Notes: a model not told the origin generated them from the sequence alone. A DNA stretch of 39,271 bases from Pseudomonadota bacterium (GCA_043818055.1 JBDRGF010000126.1:1-39271), one strand, 5' to 3'. Counted from the first letter of the stretch, positions 17,776 through 29,231 are shown. Translations and numbers: made by a program.

Positions 17776-17848
17776 TTATCGGTCAAACCCTCCAAAAAGT
17801 TGCTATTTTTTCCAAAAATAAGCAACTTTCCTGCAAAGCAACCGATAC
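17776..17848. promoter_or_regulatory. Back-to-back pair of the bipartite motif: GCAACTT-N14-CCGATAA (minus, 17803-17776) and GCAACTT-N13-CCGATAC (plus, 17822-17848)
   Basis: Read directly from the sequence. The copies face udk and the S41 protease respectively. Confidence 0.65.
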
Positions 17849-17884
17849 AGGTAAGAGTTCACAAATAATTGTAAGGAGGATCGG

Positions 17885-19690
17885 ATGCGATATATTTCTA
17901 TTTTGTTTGTTCTAGTTGTTTTTATTCTTTCAGGGTGCAGTGATGGCCAGATGCCATCTGCGGCAAAAGATGAGTCAAAACCAAACGTGGAAGCCCCAAA
18001 TGGTGGGGATCAGCCGGCAGAAGTACCTGCTGTGGATCAAAAGCCTACAGATCAACCGGCCGCAAAGCCCTCTGACAAAAAGCCAGAAGAGCAAGGAGTT
18101 GTTTCAGGCTTGACCCTAAATCAAAGGGTGGCAGATGCCGGAGCGCTGATAGCTATCTTCGATCATCAGTATGCCCCCAAGGAATGGAAACAGGCATTTT
18201 TTAAACAGGATTTTAAGTTGCAGGCCGATAAATTGATAGATGAAGTGAGCGTTGAGAAGATGGATGACGAAGATTTTTTTGCCGCGATGGCCGAGTTCGT
18301 GAATTCTTTCAAAGATGGACATACAAGGCTTATGATCCCCTCTACATATCAGGTCTCTTTGGGGTTTGCGGTGGATCGATTTGGCGATGAAGTTTTGATC
18401 GTCGATATCGATGATAGAATACTGGATAAAGAAAAGTTTCCTTTTAAAATTGGTGACAGATTGGTCGCGATCGATGGTGTTGATGTTTCGAAACTTCAGG
18501 AAGAATTGTCGAAATATGTAAACAGCGGCAGCGATCTTCAGAGAAGGCGCCTGGCGGCATCATCCCTGGTATCGAGGGAGCAGGCTTCGATTCCCGATCT
18601 TCCAGGTGGCGTAGCAAATGTTACAATATTTTCCAGAGAACGTAGCGCTGAAGAGACAGTTTCTCTCAAGTGGATCGAAGATGGGTATGAGCTGGCAAAA
18701 GTTGCAAGCGCAGGAACATTAAAGAATGTGAAGGCCATGGGCTCTATGCAATATGAGAAAAAATCTAGCTTACTAGAGAGGATAAGAGGGGGAAGATTTG
18801 TCGAACACAAAGAATATCCATTTTATGGAAGGAGGATTCCGATATTTCCAATGTGGGACTCATTCGTCAAGAGGGGCGAAGAACCTATCTATTCAGGTGT
18901 CTTTACAATCGGAGACAGAAAAATAGGTTTCATACGTTTTGATACCTGGATGGTTGACGATAATAAGGAATTCTTAAACAAAGTTGAGGAAGAATTAAAA
19001 TATTTTCAGGAGAACACGGACGCTCTTTTAATCGATCAGATGTACAATGGTGGCGGAGATCCATGTCTGGCGACATCAGTTGTGAGTATGCTAATTGAAA
19101 AGGATGCCAAAGAGGTGTTGGCTATGGCCAGATCTAATAGAACATGGTTGATGCAATATGAAGGAGCTGTTTCGCAGTGTGATGCTGAAAAAAATGGAGA
19201 TGAATGCAAAATGGCTGAAAATATCATTGCTGAAATCCGCGGTTCGATTGAAAAAGGGTCAACGCTTGCAGGACCATTTCCCTTCTGCAACGCCGATGGA
19301 AATATTAAGCCAGCCTCCGTCTATTCGAAGTCAATCGTAATGTTGATCAACGAGATGTCTATATCAGTCGGAGATGATTTCCCGGTGACGCTGCAGGATG
19401 CTGGCAGAGCAGTCCTCTTCGGTGAGACTACAGCTGGAGGTGGTGGAAGTGTAAATGGTAGAAGAGGATTGGGCTACAGCGATTTTTCTTTTTCCTTCAC
19501 AGATTCGCTTTCATGGAGGGATAAAGAGGTTAAAGCTCCAAATGGTGAAATGACGCATTACATAGAGAATGTCGGTGCGATTCCCGATGTGCATTATCCC
19601 GAAAATGCGAATGATTATTTGAATGGTTATAAGGATTATAAAGCAGCAGTGGAAAAGGTGCTGATGGATTTGATACAGAATAATGGTTAA
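17885..19690 (+). CDS. S41-family protease lipoprotein with PDZ domain, CPAF-like
   Basis: Lipobox ILSGC; YAPKEWK; DGHT; DQMYNGGG; SISVGDDFP; GETTAGGGG; IENVGAIPD. Confidence 0.85.
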   Translation: MRYISILFVLVVFILSGCSDGQMPSAAKDESKPNVEAPNGGDQPAEVPAVDQKPTDQPAAKPSDKKPEEQGVVSGLTLNQRVADAGALIAIFDHQYAPKEWKQAFFKQDFKLQADKLIDEVSVEKMDDEDFFAAMAEFVNSFKDGHTRLMIPSTYQVSLGFAVDRFGDEVLIVDIDDRILDKEKFPFKIGDRLVAIDGVDVSKLQEELSKYVNSGSDLQRRRLAASSLVSREQASIPDLPGGVANVTIFSRERSAEETVSLKWIEDGYELAKVASAGTLKNVKAMGSMQYEKKSSLLERIRGGRFVEHKEYPFYGRRIPIFPMWDSFVKRGEEPIYSGVFTIGDRKIGFIRFDTWMVDDNKEFLNKVEEELKYFQENTDALLIDQMYNGGGDPCLATSVVSMLIEKDAKEVLAMARSNRTWLMQYEGAVSQCDAEKNGDECKMAENIIAEIRGSIEKGSTLAGPFPFCNADGNIKPASVYSKSIVMLINEMSISVGDDFPVTLQDAGRAVLFGETTAGGGGSVNGRRGLGYSDFSFSFTDSLSWRDKEVKAPNGEMTHYIENVGAIPDVHYPENANDYLNGYKDYKAAVEKVLMDLIQNNG

Positions 19691-19717
19691 AAGTTACAGT
19701 TTGCTTCAATCTGAATA

Positions 19718-19749
19718 CAAAAGAAGCCGGCAAAAAAGCCGGCTTTTTT
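19718..19749 (+). terminator. Intrinsic terminator
   Basis: AAGCCGGC-AAAAAA-GCCGGCTT followed by a T-run. Confidence 0.85.
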
Positions 19750-19788
19750 ATGTGTGCATTCGATTGATGTGTGCTATGAGAGAGGTCT

Positions 19789-21783
19789 ATGAGTAAAAAA
19801 AGAAAACAAAAACAAAATAGTACTTCGGGAAGAATTGAAAAACATTCTTCTCAGAAGGCAAAAAAAACAGATTTAAAAGTAATTGGTGAGCTGAGATTGC
19901 ATCCCGATGGCTATGGCTTTGTCATTGGCGGAAAGACAGGACAGGAGGATGTATTTGTCCCTGCCCGTTATATCGGAGATGCGTTCCACACAGATCTTGT
20001 CGAAGCGAGTGTAGAGGTCGGAAGGAAGGGATTGTTCGAAGGGCGCATACTGAGAGTTGTCGAGAGGCGTGTCAAAAGACTGGTCGGGAGATTGGAACAG
20101 GTTGGAAAAATCTTTAGAGTGGTTACCGACGATAAGCGGGTGAAACACGCTATTGAAATTCCAAAGGATAAACTCTTCAAAGCAGTCTCTGGCGATAATG
20201 TCGTAGCCAAGATAACAAAATATCCCCACGAGGGAGAGACGATGTTTGGCGAGGTGGTCGAGGTGCTCGCCACGCGCGGTGCTGAATCGACTGAAGAACG
20301 TGCGGTTGTAATAAAACATCAGCTCAGAGATGTTTTTCCAAAGAATGTTTTGGAATTGGCTGAGGAGAAAAATATCGGCTGGCATTCGGAAATTCCACTG
20401 AGAAAAGATTTGAGATCGTTGCCGCTGGTTACCATAGATGGCGAGTCGGCGCGTGACTTTGACGATGCAGTTTATGTCGAAAGAAACAATAATGGCTATC
20501 GCCTTTTCGTTTCGATCGCGGATGTCTCCTTCTTCGTTCATCCTAATGATCTAATTGATAGCGAGGCATTTGAGAGAAGTACCTCTGTATATTTCCCAAA
20601 ATTCTGTATTCCGATGTTGCCAGAAGTTTTGTCTAACGATCTGTGCAGTCTCGTTCCCAATGAAGACCGTCTGACGATGACGGCAGAGATAAGTTTTTCT
20701 TCATCAGGAGATGTAACCTCGTCGAAGTTTTACCCCAGCGTTATAAAGAGCAAGGCTCGACTGACATATACTCAGGTGAAAAAGCTTCTTGTCGATCATG
20801 ATGAAGAGGTCGAAAAGAAATTAGGCGATGTCGCGACTAACTTAAGGCTCATGGAAGAGCTCTTCAACCAATTGAGGAAAAGGCGACTGGAGCGGGGTTC
20901 CATCGATTTCGATCTGCCGGAACCTGAGATCGTCCTCGATGTGGAGGGTGAGATCGATGATATAATAAAGTCCCAGCGTCACGTCGGCCACATGATCATC
21001 GAGGAATTCATGATAGCGGCGAACGAGGCGGTTGCGAGGTTTTTGACAGAAAAGAAACGAGGATGCATTTATCGCGTTCACGAAAGGCCACAGACCAAGA
21101 AGCTAAACGAATTTTCCAAGCTGCTTCATAATTTGGGATATAAAGTTCACTTTTCATCTGAAATCGAACCGATGGATCTCGCTAAGATCGTCGGGATGGT
21201 TCACGGAAAGCCGGAGGAGAGGCTGGTTAATCATAAGATGCTACGATCTATGCCCCAGGCTGTTTATAGCCCGGAGAATATGGGACATTTTGGCCTGGCA
21301 AGCTCCTGCTATTGTCACTTCACCTCTCCCATCCGCCGATATCCGGATTTGGTAGTGCATAGGTTATTGAAATATGTCCTGAAAGAGAACCGATCGCCGA
21401 AAACCGATCATCAAAAAGCGAATCTCATAGAGATCAGCGAGCATTGTTCACGTCGTGAACGCATTGCGATGGAGGCTGAACGTGAGATTTTAAAACTTCA
21501 CAGCGCGCTATTCATGAAAGATCATGTTGGGGAGATCTTTGACGGCATAATATCCTTCGTCGCAAAATTCGGTTTCTTCGTTCAGCTTCAGGAGTATTTC
21601 ATCGAGGGTCTGGTTCCAATCGATTCATTGAAAGGTGAAAAATATCAGTTCCAGGTTGAATCAGGGGCCATCGTCGGCAAACGCAATTCACAAAAATTCC
21701 AAATTGGAGATAGCGTAAAAATAAAGGTCGAATCAGTCAAAATCCCCGAACGCGAGATACTATTTACATTAAATGTCGATTAG
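19789..21783 (+). CDS. rnr: Ribonuclease R
   Basis: HPDGYGFV, TIDGESARDFDDA, IEEFMIAANE, HFTSPIRRYPDL and C-terminal S1 domain. Confidence 0.96.
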   Translation: MSKKRKQKQNSTSGRIEKHSSQKAKKTDLKVIGELRLHPDGYGFVIGGKTGQEDVFVPARYIGDAFHTDLVEASVEVGRKGLFEGRILRVVERRVKRLVGRLEQVGKIFRVVTDDKRVKHAIEIPKDKLFKAVSGDNVVAKITKYPHEGETMFGEVVEVLATRGAESTEERAVVIKHQLRDVFPKNVLELAEEKNIGWHSEIPLRKDLRSLPLVTIDGESARDFDDAVYVERNNNGYRLFVSIADVSFFVHPNDLIDSEAFERSTSVYFPKFCIPMLPEVLSNDLCSLVPNEDRLTMTAEISFSSSGDVTSSKFYPSVIKSKARLTYTQVKKLLVDHDEEVEKKLGDVATNLRLMEELFNQLRKRRLERGSIDFDLPEPEIVLDVEGEIDDIIKSQRHVGHMIIEEFMIAANEAVARFLTEKKRGCIYRVHERPQTKKLNEFSKLLHNLGYKVHFSSEIEPMDLAKIVGMVHGKPEERLVNHKMLRSMPQAVYSPENMGHFGLASSCYCHFTSPIRRYPDLVVHRLLKYVLKENRSPKTDHQKANLIEISEHCSRRERIAMEAEREILKLHSALFMKDHVGEIFDGIISFVAKFGFFVQLQEYFIEGLVPIDSLKGEKYQFQVESGAIVGKRNSQKFQIGDSVKIKVESVKIPEREILFTLNVD

Positions 21784-21839
21784 CCTTAACCATCCCATAA
21801 ACTATTAATATTAACCGTATGATTTTTATTCTTCTTTTC

Positions 21840-21868
21840 TTGACTCTCAAAGTCTCTCACCATATGAT
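21840..21868 (+). promoter_or_regulatory. sigma70-type promoter for zapA-ssrS
   Basis: TTGACT-N17-TATGAT. Confidence 0.7.
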
Positions 21869-21898
21869 AACCGACATCAACGCTATTTAAAAAAAGAG

Positions 21899-22183
21899 GT
21901 GTATGTGAAACAGACAGTCGAAGTCACAATCATGGGTCAGAAATTTCTCATAAAAGGGGATTCAGATGAGACCTATGTAAAAGAGATAGCCAACTATGTT
22001 GATCGTAAGGTCAACGAGGTTCAGAGCAAGACGAAGTCTGTAGCCTCATTAAATGTTGTTATCCTGGCTGCCATGAATATCGCCGACGAGTTTTTTAAGT
22101 TCCGTAAGGAAAAGGATGATAAGTTTCAAAAGGTCGAGAAGAAGATTCAGAATATGGTTGAACTTATTGATTTGCAATTGTAA
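21899..22183 (+). CDS. zapA: Cell division protein ZapA
   Basis: VTIMGQKF, IANYVDRKV and ILAAMNIADE. Directly upstream of 6S RNA. Alternative GTG start at 21905. Confidence 0.92.
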   Translation: MYVKQTVEVTIMGQKFLIKGDSDETYVKEIANYVDRKVNEVQSKTKSVASLNVVILAAMNIADEFFKFRKEKDDKFQKVEKKIQNMVELIDLQL

Positions 22184-22224
22184 ATTGGTGTTAGGGGGCT
22201 CTTTAACAATCCTGAAATCTAATT

Positions 22225-22415
22225 TCCCCTGCTGGGATGGTGCCTGATATCTGATATTTTTGGAACCTATAGATATATATTGGGGATTGTTCCTTATCGA
22301 TGGTGTGCATGCCTTTGAGCTTTGGCTTTAAGGAAGCCTAAAACGATAATACGATCACCCACCTGTTTTAGAACAGGGTTCAAAAATAACGATGTCTCAC
22401 CCCCTTTGCGGGGGA
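22225..22415 (+). ncRNA. ssrS: 6S RNA
   Basis: Closing stem TCCCCTGC/GCGGGGGA; GAACCT/GGGTTC; GTGTGCATG...GAAGCC; CCCACCTG. About 190 nt, downstream of zapA. Confidence 0.88.
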
Positions 22416-22450
22416 TTTTTGTTTACCTTAATGTATATATAATGCCAACA

Positions 22451-22485
22451 ACCCGCCGAAGCTCCAGCAGTGAGCGAAGGAGGGT
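22451..22485. repeat. Short palindromic REP-like element
   Basis: ACCCGCCGAAGCTCCAGCAGTGAGCGAAGGAGGGT. Confidence 0.5.
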
Positions 22486-22679
22486 AAGTTCACCTACCTT
22501 TAATCGTCTCAGCAATCACAACGAATTCTTGACGAAGTTGTAATCTTGACAGTGATTTATTCACAAAAAAACTGACAACTTTCCTAACCCATTGATATAA
22601 AGGGCATTTATAAATTGATAGAGTTTATAATTTTCTATTGAGTTTTGTTTCTCATGCGGCTATACATTTTTAATATATA

Positions 22680-22882
22680 ACGAAAGGAAATTTAGGGTTA
22701 ATAAAAAGGTCTGAATCAATTTTTAATTTTTATAATTTTGTGCAAATCGGGAGTTATACATAGATTGAAGTTTTTGCATATACACATTATATGGAGTTTG
22801 GCAGAGGGGCATGTTGGCGAGCGTATAACCCGATGATGATAACTTGATTCCTACCTAAAATAACCCACGAAAATTGTAACGT
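22680..22882 (+). ncRNA. Candidate structured RNA (second 6S-like rod or rny leader)
   Basis: Four nested long-range helices, detailed in the findings. Confidence 0.45.
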
Positions 22883-22971
22883 AATCAATAAAGAAGAGCA
22901 TTTGGCGCTGCTTTCGGAGCTTTTTTGTATTTTATACACTCGTAGCGCACAAATTGTTGAAAGGAGGAAAA

Positions 22972-24540
22972 GTGCAATTACAGCTTTTGTACATAGTGAT
23001 AGCAGTTTTAGCCGGTTTGGCAGTCGGTGGGTTGGGAGTATATTTCATCAGCACGACCTTTGGAAGTTCGAAGCTCAAGGATGCAAAGTCGAGGGCAGAA
23101 ACGATATTGGAGGAGGCCAGGTCCAAGTCCGACAATATCCGAAAGGAAGCCGAGCTTGAGATCAAGGCTTTGAAGCTGAAGACCCGCGAGGAAATGGAGA
23201 AGGAAGCGGCTGAGAGAAATAAGGAGCTGTTGAGCACCGAGAAGAGGCTTCAGTCCCGTGAAGAGAGTCTGGAAAATAGATTTGAAAAACTCGATGCTAA
23301 AATCGAGGATCTGAAGCGTCAGGAACAGTCGTTAGTCGACAAGAAAAGGCACGCCGATGAGCTCGAAAAGAGGTATATGGAGCTCGTCACTGAACAGAGG
23401 AAACAGCTCGAAAAAATCGCCGGCATCAGCACAGAGGAGGCCAAGCGCCAACTGAGAGAGTCTCTTATCGATGAGACAAAGCAGGAGGCCGCCAGAATGA
23501 TAGTTGAAATAGAAGAGCAGGCAAAAGAGGAGGCTGCGAAGAAGGCCAGATATATAATAGGAACAGCGATAGAGAGGATGTCATCCGATTATGTAGTTGA
23601 AAGGGTGATCTCAACCGTCCAGTTGCCAAGTGATGAGATGAAGGGGCGGATCATCGGTAGAGAGGGTAGGAACATCAGGGCGCTGGAAGCTGCGACAGGT
23701 ATAGACTTTGTCATCGACGACACGCCTGAGGCGGTTATCCTTTCGGGTTTTAATCCAGTCCGAAGAGAGGTGGCCAGAAGATCTCTGGAAAATCTGATCG
23801 TGGATGGCAGGATACATCCCACGCGGATCGAAGAGATCGTTGCCAATGTCACAAAGGAGGTCGACTCGATTATCAAGGAAACGGGTGAACAGGCCTGTAT
23901 GGATCTGGCCATCAGCAAGGTCCATCCCGAATTGATAAAGCTGTTAGGCTCTCTGAAGTACAGGACCAGCTTCGGTCAAAACGTTTTGCAACATTCAATG
24001 GAAGTCGCATATCTCGCCGGCATGATTGCAGATGAGCTGGGAGCTGACGGTGTAAAGGCAAGAAGAGCAGGCCTTTTGCACGATATAGGAAAGGCAGTTT
24101 CGCATGAGGTTGAAGGTTCCCATGCCATGATCGGCATGGATTATGCCCGACGCTATCGCGAGGATCCTGATATCGTTCACGCAATCGGCGCGCATCATGA
24201 GGATATCGCTCAGGAGACCATGCTCGACTGTATAGTGGATGCGGCAGATGCCCTTTCAGGCGCACGTCCGGGAGCGAGACGCGAAGTGTTGGAGGCCTAC
24301 GTCAAAAGGCTGCAGGATCTAGAAAAGATATCAGCATCTTTCAAAGGTGTGGAAAAGGCGTACGCAATCCAGGCCGGCCGCGAAATCAGAATCATGGTAT
24401 CTAATAGTCAGGTTAACGATGCCGAGGCAGCAGTCTTGGCCAAGGATATCTCAAAGAAGATTGAGCAGGACATGACATATCCGGGACAGATCAAAGTGAC
24501 AGTCGTAAGGGAGACGAGAGCGGTGGAGTACGCGAAATAA
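22972..24540 (+). CDS. rny: Ribonuclease Y
   Basis: N-terminal TM, coiled coil, KH ([14 protein letters not shown]) and HD (LLHDIGK). GTG at 22972 follows AAGGAGG. Confidence 0.97.
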   Translation: MQLQLLYIVIAVLAGLAVGGLGVYFISTTFGSSKLKDAKSRAETILEEARSKSDNIRKEAELEIKALKLKTREEMEKEAAERNKELLSTEKRLQSREESLENRFEKLDAKIEDLKRQEQSLVDKKRHADELEKRYMELVTEQRKQLEKIAGISTEEAKRQLRESLIDETKQEAARMIVEIEEQAKEEAAKKARYIIGTAIERMSSDYVVERVISTVQLPSDEMKGRIIGREGRNIRALEAATGIDFVIDDTPEAVILSGFNPVRREVARRSLENLIVDGRIHPTRIEEIVANVTKEVDSIIKETGEQACMDLAISKVHPELIKLLGSLKYRTSFGQNVLQHSMEVAYLAGMIADELGADGVKARRAGLLHDIGKAVSHEVEGSHAMIGMDYARRYREDPDIVHAIGAHHEDIAQETMLDCIVDAADALSGARPGARREVLEAYVKRLQDLEKISASFKGVEKAYAIQAGREIRIMVSNSQVNDAEAAVLAKDISKKIEQDMTYPGQIKVTVVRETRAVEYAK

Positions 24541-24544
24541 TTAC

Positions 24545-24649
24545 TAGCGGATAGCGTAGAGCGTATAGTTTTTCCTATCCGCTAAACGCTAAAGTGATAG
24601 GTTGTTGGTTATCGAACACCAAAAAACAAAAACCAATAATCGAGAAACG
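24545..24649. repeat. Two adjacent inverted 7-bp arrays
   Basis: TAGCGGA TAGCGTA GAGCGTA / CTATCCG CTAAACG; TTGTTGG TTATCGA / ACCAAAA AACAAAA ACCAATA ATCGAGA. Confidence 0.65.
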
Positions 24650-24656
24650 TATTTCT

Positions 24657-25451
24657 ATGAACATACTAATGATCGGCGACATCTTCGGAAGACCCGGGCG
24701 TGAATTGATAAAAACGCTCCTGCCGAAGATTGTCGAAGAGGAGAGGATTGATTTTGTTGTTGCCAACGGTGAAAATGCCGCCGGCGGAAAAGGTATAACT
24801 AAGAAGATCGCCGAAGAGCTTCTCTTATTGCCGATAGATGTCATGACAGGGGGAAATCATATTTGGGAGCAGGAAGATCTCTTTCCAATTCTATCTTCCG
24901 CCCCTATTTTAAGACCATACAATGTAAAAGAAAACCTACCGGGCAGGGGATGGGATCTTTTTATTTCGTCTAATAAAACCAGAATTGCCGTGGTCTGCCT
25001 TCAGGGGCTGATGTTCATGGACAACAAAGGTGCGGAAGGGACGAGTCCCTTTGCAGCGATGGATAAGGTGCTTTATAAAATAAAAGAAAAAAAAGCGGAT
25101 ATAATACTCGTTGATTTTCACGCGGAGGCAACGAGCGAAAAACGCTCCATGGGATGGTATCTCGAGGGGAAGGTGAGTGCGATAGTCGGAACACACACGC
25201 ATGTGCAGACTGCGGATGAAGGAATTTTGCCCGGAGGAACGGCATATATCTCCGACCTTGGGATGACAGGTCCACATCATTCGGTGATAGGGCTCGATAA
25301 GGATGTCGCCATCCACAGATTTTTGACAGGAGATAAAAAAGGATTTAAAGTAGCCAAAGAGGGCGCAAGGTTTGAAGGCGTTGTTATCAATATAGATGAG
25401 ACGAGCGGCAAGGCGAAATCGATAAAGAGAATACAAAAATCAAGTTTGTAG
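24657..25451 (+). CDS. ymdB: TIGR00282/YmdB metallophosphoesterase
   Basis: GDIFGRPGR, NGENAAGG, GGNHIW, DFHAEATSEK and GTHTHVQT. Confidence 0.95.
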   Translation: MNILMIGDIFGRPGRELIKTLLPKIVEEERIDFVVANGENAAGGKGITKKIAEELLLLPIDVMTGGNHIWEQEDLFPILSSAPILRPYNVKENLPGRGWDLFISSNKTRIAVVCLQGLMFMDNKGAEGTSPFAAMDKVLYKIKEKKADIILVDFHAEATSEKRSMGWYLEGKVSAIVGTHTHVQTADEGILPGGTAYISDLGMTGPHHSVIGLDKDVAIHRFLTGDKKGFKVAKEGARFEGVVINIDETSGKAKSIKRIQKSSL

Positions 25452-25471
25452 GGGCGACTCGCGAGTCGCCC
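25448..25471 (+). repeat. GTAG-type REP supplying the ymdB stop codon
   Basis: GTAG GGGCGACTC GC GAGTCGCCC. Confidence 0.75.
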
Positions 25472-25484
25472 TTGGGAATTTATT

Positions 25485-26684
25485 ATGGACATAAATGAAC
25501 AATTAAAATTGATCAAGCGGGGCTCGATCGATCTCATCTCCGAAGACGAGCTGATCAAGAAACTCAAAGAAAAGAAGAAACTTCGCATCAAGGCCGGCTT
25601 CGATCCGACAGTCCCCGATCTTCATCTGGGTCATACTATAGTGATGCAGAAATTGAGACAGTTCCAGGATCTGGGTCACACCGTTATTTTTTTGATTGGC
25701 GATTATACCGCGCGCATCGGAGATCCGAGCGGAAGAAGCGAGACGAGAAGGATGCTCGATCCAATGTGTATTAAGGAGAGCGCGAAGACATATATTAATC
25801 AGGCGAAGAAGATTCTTTCCGAAGAGAATTTAGAAGTGAGATACAACAGCGAATGGCTTGAAAAATTATCTATGGCCGATCTTGCGGATATTGCAAGCCG
25901 CTACACAGTTGCGCGAATGCTTGAGCGCGATGATTTTCGAAAGAGGCATGCGAATGGCGATGATATCAGTATGCTCGAATTCATCTATCCTCTCATGCAG
26001 GGATACGATTCGGTCGTTCTCAATGCCGATGTCGAACTCGGAGGCACAGATCAGATTTTCAACCTTCTGGTAGGCCGCGCTCTGCAGCGACGCTTCGAGA
26101 AGGATGAACAGGTTGTTCTTACGATGCCTCTCCTTGTCGGCACTGACGGCGTCCAGAAGATGAGCAAGTCTTACGGAAACTATATCGGCATCTCCGAAGC
26201 CCCTGAGGATATCTTCGGCAAACTCATGTCGATCTCGGACGATCTGATGTGGAAATATTACGAACTTCTCTCATCAAAATCTCTGGAAGAGATAGGTTGG
26301 TTGAAGAGCAATGTCGAGCGCGGAGAGCTCCATCCGAAAAAGGCCAAGGAAGAATTGGCATTCGAACTCACAACACGCTTCGCAGGAGAAAAAAACGCTC
26401 ACAGCGCCAAGGAGCATTTTGAGAAGGTGATAGTCAACAAGGCTATGCCGGATGAAATTGAAACGAAAAATGTCAAATCATCCGAAGGTAAAATCTCTCT
26501 TGTTGATTGTATGTTGGAATTAGGTCTCGCGAAGAGTAAAGGTGAGGCCAGAAGATTGATTCAACAGGGAGGGGTAAGTCTTGATAATAATAAAATTTCG
26601 GATGTCGAACTTGCTTTGAAAAAGGGGCTGTCGCATATTATAAAGAAGGGGAAAAGGTTTTTTATAAAGGTGAAAATTATTTAA
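25485..26684 (+). CDS. tyrS: Tyrosine-tRNA ligase
   Basis: [24 protein letters not shown] and C-terminal S4 domain. Confidence 0.97.
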   Translation: MDINEQLKLIKRGSIDLISEDELIKKLKEKKKLRIKAGFDPTVPDLHLGHTIVMQKLRQFQDLGHTVIFLIGDYTARIGDPSGRSETRRMLDPMCIKESAKTYINQAKKILSEENLEVRYNSEWLEKLSMADLADIASRYTVARMLERDDFRKRHANGDDISMLEFIYPLMQGYDSVVLNADVELGGTDQIFNLLVGRALQRRFEKDEQVVLTMPLLVGTDGVQKMSKSYGNYIGISEAPEDIFGKLMSISDDLMWKYYELLSSKSLEEIGWLKSNVERGELHPKKAKEELAFELTTRFAGEKNAHSAKEHFEKVIVNKAMPDEIETKNVKSSEGKISLVDCMLELGLAKSKGEARRLIQQGGVSLDNNKISDVELALKKGLSHIIKKGKRFFIKVKII

Positions 26685-26793
26685 AATAGTGTGTTTTTTA
26701 AAGAATAAAACTCTTTAACAAGAGGTCATAACTTGCTGTTTTAACTGATTGTTTAGGAACGTTGTTTTTTTAAAAACTTTAATTCATTTTCCC

Positions 26794-26822
26794 TTGACAC
26801 TTCATGCCCCATCCAGTAGAAG
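26794..26822 (+). promoter_or_regulatory. Putative rrn promoter
   Basis: TTGACA-N17-TAGAAG with an AT-rich upstream element. Confidence 0.55.
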
Positions 26823-26973
26823 GCTTCACCACGCTAGAGAAGTTAGACGTAAATACGATGGAGTAAAGCGGGTTTGTTCTTCGAAATCAGGGGAGTTAGG
26901 CAACAATAGAGAAATTTTGAGAGCTCTTCTTGTTCCTTTCTTTAAAAGAAAAGAGGAGTTCTTTTTTTGTGCC

Positions 26974-27001
26974 TGTTCTTTGAAAACTAAATAGCGGAAG
27001 C
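26974..27001 (+). promoter_or_regulatory. rrn leader boxA and 16S processing stalk
   Basis: TGTTCTTTGAAAA; AAATAGCGGAAGC pairs with GCTTCCGCTATTT at about 28729-28741. Confidence 0.75.
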
Positions 27002-27106
27002 AATAGAATTATACGCTTGAAGTATGTGGGGACGTCGGATTAATTCCGACAAGATGTAGAAGTAAATAAAGTAAAGTCAGCGTCCGCGTAAAGCGGACTA
27101 GAATTT

Positions 27107-28675
<1,569 letters not shown>

Positions 28676-28822
28676 AACTGTAGTGGATTATTTCCACTAC
28701 TATCCCGGTCAGTACATGCTTTAAGCACGCTTCCGCTATTTTGTTTTCAGAACAGGTTGATAGTTCTTTGAATTAAAAAAATATTTGAGTTGAGTTCGTG
28801 TCTACACGATTCGGCCTGTAAT

Positions 28823-28896
<74 letters not shown>

Positions 28897-28904
28897 CAAA
28901 GAAG

Positions 28905-28966
28905 TAGTTTTTAGTGTGTAGTGTATAGTGTTTAGTTTACTATGCACTATACACTAAGCACTAAAC
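28905..28966. repeat. Inverted pair of 7-bp arrays between tRNA-Ile and tRNA-Ala
   Basis: TAGTTTT TAGTGTG TAGTGTA TAGTGTT / ACTATGC ACTATAC ACTAAGC ACTAAAC. Confidence 0.8.
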
Positions 28967-28978
28967 TCTGCTTTTTTA

Positions 28979-29054
28979 GGGGCTGTAGCTCAGCTGGGAG
29001 AGCGCCAGCTTTGCAAGCTGGATGCCAGGGGTTCGAACCCCCTCAGCTCCACCA
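28979..29054 (+). tRNA. tRNA-Ala(TGC)
   Basis: GGGGCTG...TTTGCAA...CAGCTCCACCA. Confidence 0.97.
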
Positions 29055-29196
29055 AGTTCAGGACGTTGGTCGTCATTTTTTATATGACGATCAACTTGCT
29101 AAACTTGAAAAAAGTTCTTTGAAAATTAAATAAAAAATACCAAGTAAAGAATATTGAATTGAAACAATTCAATTTCGATTGAGGTCTCTCAAGTAA

Positions 29197-29231
29197 CAGT
29201 TTCTAGTGAGTAGTGTTTAGTGTCTAGTGAT
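29197..29231. repeat. 7-bp array in the 23S leader
   Basis: CAGTTTC TAGTGAG TAGTGTT TAGTGTC TAGTGAT. Confidence 0.7.

Noticed and set aside
22322..22543. 73-aa ORF after zapA
   Set aside because: It overlaps the 6S RNA and a palindromic repeat, and has no SD or protein features.
22575..22600. ACAACTT...ATATAA as a fifth copy of the bipartite motif
   Set aside because: It lacks the CGATA element. The overlapping TAACCCATTGATA looks more like an IHF-type site.
4957..25436. Long antisense ORFs (4957-5634, 9552-10157, 19873-20541, 24936-25436 and others)
   Set aside because: They are shadows of well-supported genes on the opposite strand and carry no motifs.
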